DNA from: Chlamydiia bacterium
Lineage (GTDB): Bacteria; Chlamydiota; Chlamydiia; Chlamydiales; SM23-39
Assembly: GCA_016213175.1 (NCBI GenBank)
Contig: JACRBF010000039.1
Span: 1-42,482, forward strand
Length of the DNA: 42,482 bases
Reading direction: 5' to 3'
The translations under genes and the position numbers were made by a program. The notes under the pieces were generated by a model. That model saw only the letters and a list, made by a program, of their open reading frames with translations. It was not told the origin of the DNA and searched no databases. Positions 36,060 through 42,482 of the stretch are shown one piece after another. How positions within the stretch are numbered: the stretch's first letter is position 1; the number at the start of each line of letters is the position of its first letter.

Positions 36060-36335
36060 TTAAACTCGCGCGCCTTGTTTGCGCATCTGACGGACTGCGG
36101 CGTTTGCCCCTTTTTTGTCGATGGTGCGTAGGGCAGCCGTTGACAGTCTCAAGGTTACAAAGCGCTTCTCCTCAGGAATCCAGAGTCTTTTGGTGACGAG
36201 ATTAGGCAGGAATCTGCGATTCGTGCAGCCGGTGATTTTCAGACCGATCCCTTTCTTCTTTTTCGCGATGCCGCGCAGAGCATATTTGCGTCCAGAGCTT
36301 GATCTGCGCCCTGTGAGTGTACAAGTTCTAGGCAT
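36060..36335 (-). CDS. rpmB: 50S ribosomal protein L28
   Basis: C.LTG, RGIAKKKKGIGLKITG, RRFLPNL, STAALRTIDK. Confidence 0.95.
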   Translation of the reverse strand: MPRTCTLTGRRSSSGRKYALRGIAKKKKGIGLKITGCTNRRFLPNLVTKRLWIPEEKRFVTLRLSTAALRTIDKKGANAAVRQMRKQGARV

Positions 36336-36428
36336 AGGAAAACCTCTTGAATAAAGAAGTACAGTACCAAGAAGGTGGGTTTTGCGAAACAGAAATATTT
36401 TTTTGAGGCTTTCTCGTTGCTGCGAAGG

Positions 36429-36458
36429 TGCTGCGAACGGCTTGCGCCGTTCGCAGCA
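36429..36458 (-). other. GC-rich stem-loop downstream of the SWIB gene
   Basis: TGCTGCGAACGGC-TTGC-GCCGTTCGCAGCA: perfect 13-bp stem, GCAA tetraloop on the transcribed strand, no U-tract. Confidence 0.6.
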
Positions 36459-36468
36459 GGGGAGAGAT

Positions 36469-36759
36469 TTATTTTTTGATATGCTTGCTTAAAGCGCCGG
36501 CGAGTTTCAACATATCGATCGGCTTTTTCCCGATCACCTCTGCCAGTTTTTTATCGGGAACAATGAGGCGTCTATTTTTCGTATCTTGGCATTTGTGCCT
36601 CTTGATGTATTCCCAGAATTTCTTTACCACCTGAGGACGGGTCAAGCTTTTTGCCCCTACGATCTCTTGGAGCTGTTCGGATAGGGAATAGGTGAGCTGA
36701 GTCAGTCCTGATTTTCTTTTAGTTTTAGGCTTTGTGGTCTTTGTTTTCTTTCTTTTCAT
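36469..36759 (-). CDS. Stand-alone SWIB/MDM2 domain protein
   Basis: LSEQLQEIVG...LTRPQVVKKFWEYIK.H.CQD.KN.R.I.PD.KL..V, with a Lys-rich N-terminal tail. Confidence 0.93.
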   Translation of the reverse strand: MKRKKTKTTKPKTKRKSGLTQLTYSLSEQLQEIVGAKSLTRPQVVKKFWEYIKRHKCQDTKNRRLIVPDKKLAEVIGKKPIDMLKLAGALSKHIKK

Positions 36760-36829
36760 GACAGTATTTCCTCTTGGCTGGATTTCAAAGGGTCTCCTAT
36801 GTGAGCTGATGCTCGATGCGTAGCTACCC

Positions 36830-36998
36830 TAACCCACATTTCTCACACATTCCGGGAAAATCTGAACGATTTGTCACGCCGTCTTTCATAAATCGCTTGT
36901 CGTCAATATTGCGGCAATATTGACCTTCTCGCGATTTTCGAAATCCGGCATAACATCTCGTCCACCTTTTCTCCGGTCTGTGTGAGAAATGCGGGCTA
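36830..36998. repeat. Palindromic element family F (169 bp)
   Basis: Ends TAACCCACATTTCTCACACA / TGTGTGAGAAATGCGGGCTA (2 mismatches), CCGG.AAA / TTT.CCGG pairing, centre GTCAATATTGC-G-GCAATATTGAC. Only one copy in the window. Confidence 0.78.
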
Positions 36999-37074
36999 AC
37001 AATGCAAATAGTTCGCATTCCTATCTAGTGATGTAAGAAGTTTTTTGAATTCTTGCAAGGGATTTTGTTTTTTA

Positions 37075-37103
37075 TTGAGGAGATGTCCTCTTTTTTTTAG
37101 AAT
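37075..37103 (+). promoter_or_regulatory. Putative sigma66 promoter
   Basis: TTGAGG-17 bp-TAGAAT just upstream of the ATG at 37118. Confidence 0.55.
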
Positions 37104-37117
37104 CTGAGCCGTGAAAG

Positions 37118-37597
37118 ATGGGTATTACTATGTTCCTTGCTCTGATTGCCGCTTGGCACGTTCTTGCGGCTGAAATTCTCGATACCGATATGAACGCTCA
37201 GGAAAAAAAAGCCACGGGCGTCTATAAATTGACCGATAAGGAAAAAGCGGCGCTGCAGCAGTGGATTGATACGAAATACCAAAAAAAGGCAGAGGGCGAA
37301 GATTCTGCCCCTGTGACGGGAAAGCACCCTACGCTGTCGGAAAATTTGATGGGGAGCAAGTACTTGCGCCTCAGCGACAACACGCTCTGGAGCGTGCGTC
37401 CTGAGGATGTCCCTATTGCACGAGGCTGGATTACACCGGTAGAGATCATCATCACACAGAGTACTGATCCCTTCTTTACCTACAAATTGACGAATAAGCT
37501 CACCGGATCTTCTGTCCTTGTCCGTAAGGTGGACAAATTGCCTGCAGGGCCGTCTGCGCCAACGAATACTCCATCAGTTCCTGCCCCTAAACAATGA
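37118..37597 (+). CDS. Exported hypothetical protein
   Basis: Signal-peptide-like N-terminus, Pro-rich tail; ends 7 bp before the clpB start. Confidence 0.75.
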   Translation: MGITMFLALIAAWHVLAAEILDTDMNAQEKKATGVYKLTDKEKAALQQWIDTKYQKKAEGEDSAPVTGKHPTLSENLMGSKYLRLSDNTLWSVRPEDVPIARGWITPVEIIITQSTDPFFTYKLTNKLTGSSVLVRKVDKLPAGPSAPTNTPSVPAPKQ

Positions 37598-37604
37598 GGT
37601 TCCT

Positions 37605-40196
37605 GTGGCACCCCAGTTCACTGACGCTGTGACAACAGCTCTTGAAGCGGCTCTTCGCTATGCAGAGGAGCGTAAGCACACCTCCGTTGGAGAAAACCAT
37701 CTTCTCCGTACGCTCCTTCTCGATCCGCAAGGATACTTTGCTTCGCTCTGCACAGCTGTCCCGATTGACCCTGCGCTCCTTCTCAAGCAGGTGGAGGCGT
37801 CTTTGGCAGAGCAGCCCACGTACACAGGACCCTCTCAGTCGCCTCAGGTAGCGCATGGCTTGCAGCAGAAGATCCAGGCGGCGGAAAAAATTGCGGCGGC
37901 TTGGAAAGATTCCTACATTGGCAGCGATCATCTGTTTCTCGCTTACTGGGATCATCCGATGGAACCGTTTGCCTCTTGTGTGCGCGCATCGAAACACGGA
38001 CGCAAGGAGATCGAAGCGCAAATACAGACTCTCCGCGGCGGGCGTCACTTGGACTCTCCGGGCAGCGAGGCCCAGTTAAAAGCGCTGGAAAAATACTGTA
38101 AAAATCTGACCGATTTGGCAAGGCATGGCAAGCTCGATCCGGTCATTGGACGCGATGAGGAGATTCGGAGGACGATTCAAGTCTTGTCTCGGAGGACGAA
38201 GAATAATCCTATGCTCATCGGTGAGCCCGGCGTCGGTAAGACTGCTATTGCCGAAGGGCTGGCGCATCGGATCGTGCAAGGAGACATTCCTGATTCCTTA
38301 AAAGGTAAAGAGTTGATGTCCCTTGACATGGGTAGTCTAATCGCCGGTACAAAATTCCGAGGGGAGTTTGAAGAGAGGCTCAAAGGAATTTTGCAGGATG
38401 TGGAAAAAAGCGATGGCAATATCATTCTCTTCATCGATGAAGTCCATACGCTTGTGGGAGCTGGCGCTTCGGAAGGATCGATGGATGCAGCCAATCTCCT
38501 CAAGCCTGCGCTTGCGCGGGGAACTTTGCACTGCATAGGAGCCACAACATTAAGCGAGTATCAAAAGTACATTGAAAAAGACGCGGCGCTTGAGCGTAGG
38601 TTTCAGCCCGTCTATGTGCCGGAGCCCTCTTTAGAAGACGCCATCGCCATTTTACGCGGACTGAAGGAGCGTTACGAGATCTATCACGGCGTGCGGATTA
38701 CAGAGGGAGCGCTCCACGGGGCGGTGTTTCTCTCTGCTCGGTATATCCCCGACCGGCGCCTTCCCGACAAAGCCATCGATCTTATCGATGAGGCCGCAAG
38801 CCTCATCCGGATGCAAATCGGCAGCCTGCCTTTGCCGATCGAGAAAAAAGAGAGGGAAATTGCCTCGCTGCGGGTCAAACAAGAAGCACTGAAGCGCGAA
38901 GGGGCAGAAGATGGAGAGGCTGAGAAAAGAATTGCTCAGTTAACGGAGGAGCTTGCCCAGATGCGTTCCAAATGGAACCGGGAAAAGGCGCTCATCCAAT
39001 CGGTCAAAGAAAAGAAAGACGCTTTAGAAAAACTCCGTTTTCAGGAAGAAGAAGCGGAGAGGAGAGTCGATTACAATCGGGTTGCTGAACTGCGTTACGC
39101 TCAGATTCCTGCCATGCAAAAGCTTTTGGAAGAGGCGCAGCAAGATCTCCATCATCTGAAAGAGCGGATGCTCCAAGAAGAGGTCGATGAAGCGTTAATT
39201 GCTCAGATCGTCGCTAAATGGACAGGCATCCCCGTAGAGAGGATGCTCGAAAAAGAGACGCAAAAAATTCTCCATCTCGAAAAGCACCTCGAGCAGCGGG
39301 TGATTGGCCAGTCCCTGGCAGTCGGTGCCGTCAGTCAAGCCATCCGTAGATCGCGAGCAGGTCTTAGCGATCCCAATAGACCCGTCGGGGTCTTCCTCTT
39401 TCTTGGCCCCACTGGAGTGGGAAAAACAGAACTGGTTAAAGCCCTTGCTGTGCAGCTCTTCGATAAAGAAGATGCGATCATCCGCCTCGATATGTCCGAA
39501 TACATGGAAAAACACAGCGTTTCGCGCCTGATTGGATCGCCTCCAGGCTACGTAGGCTATGAAGAGGGGGGACAGCTCACAGAGGCGCTCCGCAGGCGTC
39601 CCTATGCAGTTGTCCTTCTCGATGAGCTCGAAAAAGCCCATCCCGATGTATTCAATATTCTGCTTCAAATTTTTGACGATGGCCGCATTACTGACGGTAA
39701 GGGGCGTAAGGTCAATTGCAAAAACGCCCTCTTCATCATGACCTCGAATCTAGGCTCCGATCTTTTGCTCAAAAAGATGGATGCGAAGAGACATTGGACC
39801 AAGGAAGAGCTGCTGGATGTGCTGCAACCAGCGCTAAGAGCCACGTTTCGTCCGGAATTTCTCAACCGCCTCGATGAGATCCTTCCCTTTTTACCACTCA
39901 AGATGGAGGACATGGAGAAAATTGTCTCCTTGCAGCTCGAGCGGGTCGCCGAAAGGCTCCGAGAGCGTCATATTCAGTTAACCTGGGATGAGAAGGTCCT
40001 CAAATACCTTGCCGAAGCAGGCTATGACCCAGCTTTTGGTGCAAGGCCCTTGAAACGGCTGATTCAGCATGAGATAGTGAATCTCTTTGCCACCGCAATC
40101 CTTGAGAACAAGATCCCGCAGCATAGTACGATACGCTTGGTAGAGAAACGAGATAACGCAAGTACTCGGATCGCTTATGAAATATATCAAACGTGA
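37605..40196 (+). CDS. clpB: AAA+ disaggregase ClpB
   Basis: [27 protein letters not shown], coiled-coil middle domain, [27 protein letters not shown] at 37605 follows GAGGT. Confidence 0.96.
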   Translation: MAPQFTDAVTTALEAALRYAEERKHTSVGENHLLRTLLLDPQGYFASLCTAVPIDPALLLKQVEASLAEQPTYTGPSQSPQVAHGLQQKIQAAEKIAAAWKDSYIGSDHLFLAYWDHPMEPFASCVRASKHGRKEIEAQIQTLRGGRHLDSPGSEAQLKALEKYCKNLTDLARHGKLDPVIGRDEEIRRTIQVLSRRTKNNPMLIGEPGVGKTAIAEGLAHRIVQGDIPDSLKGKELMSLDMGSLIAGTKFRGEFEERLKGILQDVEKSDGNIILFIDEVHTLVGAGASEGSMDAANLLKPALARGTLHCIGATTLSEYQKYIEKDAALERRFQPVYVPEPSLEDAIAILRGLKERYEIYHGVRITEGALHGAVFLSARYIPDRRLPDKAIDLIDEAASLIRMQIGSLPLPIEKKEREIASLRVKQEALKREGAEDGEAEKRIAQLTEELAQMRSKWNREKALIQSVKEKKDALEKLRFQEEEAERRVDYNRVAELRYAQIPAMQKLLEEAQQDLHHLKERMLQEEVDEALIAQIVAKWTGIPVERMLEKETQKILHLEKHLEQRVIGQSLAVGAVSQAIRRSRAGLSDPNRPVGVFLFLGPTGVGKTELVKALAVQLFDKEDAIIRLDMSEYMEKHSVSRLIGSPPGYVGYEEGGQLTEALRRRPYAVVLLDELEKAHPDVFNILLQIFDDGRITDGKGRKVNCKNALFIMTSNLGSDLLLKKMDAKRHWTKEELLDVLQPALRATFRPEFLNRLDEILPFLPLKMEDMEKIVSLQLERVAERLRERHIQLTWDEKVLKYLAEAGYDPAFGARPLKRLIQHEIVNLFATAILENKIPQHSTIRLVEKRDNASTRIAYEIYQT

Positions 40197-40272
40197 TGCA
40201 AAAATTGGTATTACGATCATCGATTTTTCAGGGGCGGGGAGGTTGTGCAATTGCCTCTTTCGATAATTGGTA

Positions 40273-42228
40273 TTAAGAGGGGGCTGAGGCTGGCGGTGGA
40301 TTCAGTAGAGCCCCTAAAGTGAGGGCATTGTAGGTGACATAGATCTGAGCGCCTAAGTTGAAAAGGCTGAGTCCTAGGCTGATGAGTGCGTCGCTTTTGC
40401 GGTTTTTATGCGCTGATCGGTAATGCTGGAATTGAGAAAACACAACTTTTGCGGCCCCTGCTACCTTGAGCAACGCATACCCGTTTCCAAATACTGCGAA
40501 GGCTCGATCCACGGATTTTATTGTGGGCAGGTAATTTTGTCCGGACTCGGGCACGTGAGGCAGCGCATATTGATACAGTGTGTAGAATCCCTGCCACCAT
40601 GCTATGGGAAGAACGGGCACCGATAACCCGCCAAAGAAACTAGCGCCTGCGAAGCAGGCTGCAAGAATTACTGTCGATGTGGAGAATTTAGGAACCATGG
40701 GTATTTCCATCCCACCAGTGTATTGGCTCAATAAGAATAGTGTTGAAGAAACGGGGCGTGAAACAAACAGCGACGCTGTGTATATCGTGTTGTATGTGCT
40801 CATGACCCAACTGAGTGGGGATTGTAGTGCGCTGGGCAGCATGCCTTGATCAAACAGTCGTGGTATTCCGAACAGTTGGTGTGTGGCGAAGAAAGGAATG
40901 TTCCATGCCTCTCCCACAGCCCAGCCTAGACCGGAGCAAATGCTGTGAGCGCTCTTCTGCGCTAGGCATCCGATATCCCAACCAGAATCGCAAGTAGGAT
41001 TGCCAATCCAATTTGCAAGCCCCTCAGGAAAGATACGTAAATAAGAGAAGGCTGAGAAACCTAGCCATAGCGCATTCCCGACTGCCGTTTGTAGTTCTAT
41101 ATCACGCAAGCGGAGAGGGTCTCTCTTTGCTGCTTCTGCTGTGATTTGTTGATCAAGGATGCCGGTGATATGAAGATAGAGTAACAGCGTATCCGCGGAA
41201 TTGGGTCCCTGAGAGAGTTTAGAGGGCAGTTTCCATTGTGTAAATAGTGTATAGATTCGAGCATTTTTGGAGAGGATCGCGTAGTCGAGGAATGAGTAGC
41301 CATTGCGCGTCAGACGGGTGAGAGAAGAGGGATCTAATCGTTTGAGAAAATAGGTAACGACCTGTTCATTGCCTTGAAGGAGTGCATAATGCAGAGCGGT
41401 GCGCCCCGACTGATCTGGGGTACTGAGTTCCTCATTGGAGAAATGTTCTAGAGCGCCCAAATCGCCTTCATAAGCTGCCAAACAGACTGGAGACAGTGTG
41501 TTTGGATTGACACTCGATAAAGATTTGATCAGGGAAGTAGCTTTTTGCTGTTGGGCTGAAAATTGTTGCCATTTTTCGTCGCTGCCCCGCCACGCAGGAA
41601 ACAGAAGATCTAAGTAAATGTCCTCATCTTTGTATAATACTGCTTCATGCAGCGGGGTGAGTCCTTGAGCATTTGGGGTCCAAGGAGATTGTCCTTGAAG
41701 GCGCAATTGGATCACTAAAGCTCTATTCCCACTTCTCACCGCTTCATGGAGGGCAGGATCGGCTTTTTCTATTTTAGGGATAGGAGCTGGCGTAGGTTCT
41801 GGGGGAGCATGACGAGGCGGGGTCGTTATGAGTGGTTTTGATTGGATCGCCTTTTCAAGCGAAGGGGAGAATCTCGTTGCGTGCGCAACACCTTGGGTTT
41901 TCTGAGATGTTTTATAGGGTGTGCTATCCTTTTCAAAACACCCCAATTCTCTACCCTCTTGGACCAATTCCACTAAAGCTGCGTGGTGGGATTGTATCCG
42001 CTGGCGGAGCTGCGGTGAAATTTTTACTGCCTGGCTGTTGACTTTTTCTATATCTCTATCGTACTGATGGATAAGGTCGTCTAATTTTTTTGAGTAGGGC
42101 ATTAGGCCGATGGCAGGGGGTTTTCCTCTTTTTGCGCCCTGAAATGCCTGACGGATTTGTGCTACGTTCTTATCCCGTAAGTCATAGCTTGCAATACTGA
42201 GTAGTGGAGCGGATGTCTTTGTAGTCAT
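40273..42228 (-). CDS. Ankyrin-repeat protein with multi-pass hydrophobic C-terminus, candidate effector
   Basis: ALHEAV, GLTPLHEAV, SPVCLAA, GRTALHYAL, GYSFLDYAI ankyrin motifs; Pro-rich linker; hydrophobic C-terminal half. Start is at 42261 or 42228. Confidence 0.85.
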   Translation of the reverse strand: MTTKTSAPLLSIASYDLRDKNVAQIRQAFQGAKRGKPPAIGLMPYSKKLDDLIHQYDRDIEKVNSQAVKISPQLRQRIQSHHAALVELVQEGRELGCFEKDSTPYKTSQKTQGVAHATRFSPSLEKAIQSKPLITTPPRHAPPEPTPAPIPKIEKADPALHEAVRSGNRALVIQLRLQGQSPWTPNAQGLTPLHEAVLYKDEDIYLDLLFPAWRGSDEKWQQFSAQQQKATSLIKSLSSVNPNTLSPVCLAAYEGDLGALEHFSNEELSTPDQSGRTALHYALLQGNEQVVTYFLKRLDPSSLTRLTRNGYSFLDYAILSKNARIYTLFTQWKLPSKLSQGPNSADTLLLYLHITGILDQQITAEAAKRDPLRLRDIELQTAVGNALWLGFSAFSYLRIFPEGLANWIGNPTCDSGWDIGCLAQKSAHSICSGLGWAVGEAWNIPFFATHQLFGIPRLFDQGMLPSALQSPLSWVMSTYNTIYTASLFVSRPVSSTLFLLSQYTGGMEIPMVPKFSTSTVILAACFAGASFFGGLSVPVLPIAWWQGFYTLYQYALPHVPESGQNYLPTIKSVDRAFAVFGNGYALLKVAGAAKVVFSQFQHYRSAHKNRKSDALISLGLSLFNLGAQIYVTYNALTLGALLNPPPASAPS

Positions 42229-42482
42229 TATGTTTTCAATATTTTCAGAATATTTTATCAATTTATTTGGTTTTTTTCAATAAATTAAATGTTTTGACGG
42301 GTTTTCGATTTTTGGGATAAAATTTGAGCGTGTGAAAATGCCTATAGTGCTTCCACTTGAGGTGCACCCAAAATTCATTCAACCTAATTGGATTGGATTC
42401 AACTGAATAATTTGAAAGTTGTCGTTGATCCGTTGTGTCAATAGTCGCCGGAGTCGATGCACCTTATCTGCAAAAAAGCCTC

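Noticed and set aside
42379-42480. Possible 3' end of a minus-strand gene at the window edge
   Set aside because: Only 33 open codons with no recognisable motif; cannot be supported from this window.

Overview
This window comes from an environmental member of the Chlamydiae. The evidence is the sctU-sctV-copN-scc1-malQ type III secretion locus, the glgA / rplY-pth-rpsF-rpsR-rplI block, a stand-alone SWIB protein, a PLD-rpmB pair and a SEC-C-type Map. Accessory loci are interspersed with this core: (i) an isolated hypE-hypF pair with no other hydrogenase genes in view, bracketed and split by palindromic repeats; (ii) ADP-heptose genes near a Ser/Thr-rich autotransporter that has a (CT)8 tract at its 5' end; (iii) a HipA-type kinase followed by a HipS-like + XRE-HTH fusion gene with repeated operator-like sites; (iv) two orphan effector-like proteins. 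The most striking non-genic signal is a set of six unrelated-looking palindromic elements, labelled A-F here: five of about 150-173 bp plus a 103-bp hairpin. They occur as full copies, isolated arms, a collapsed form and an inter-family chimera, and several touch gene ends or form a whole 5' UTR. All calls are from reading the sequence; no database searches were run.
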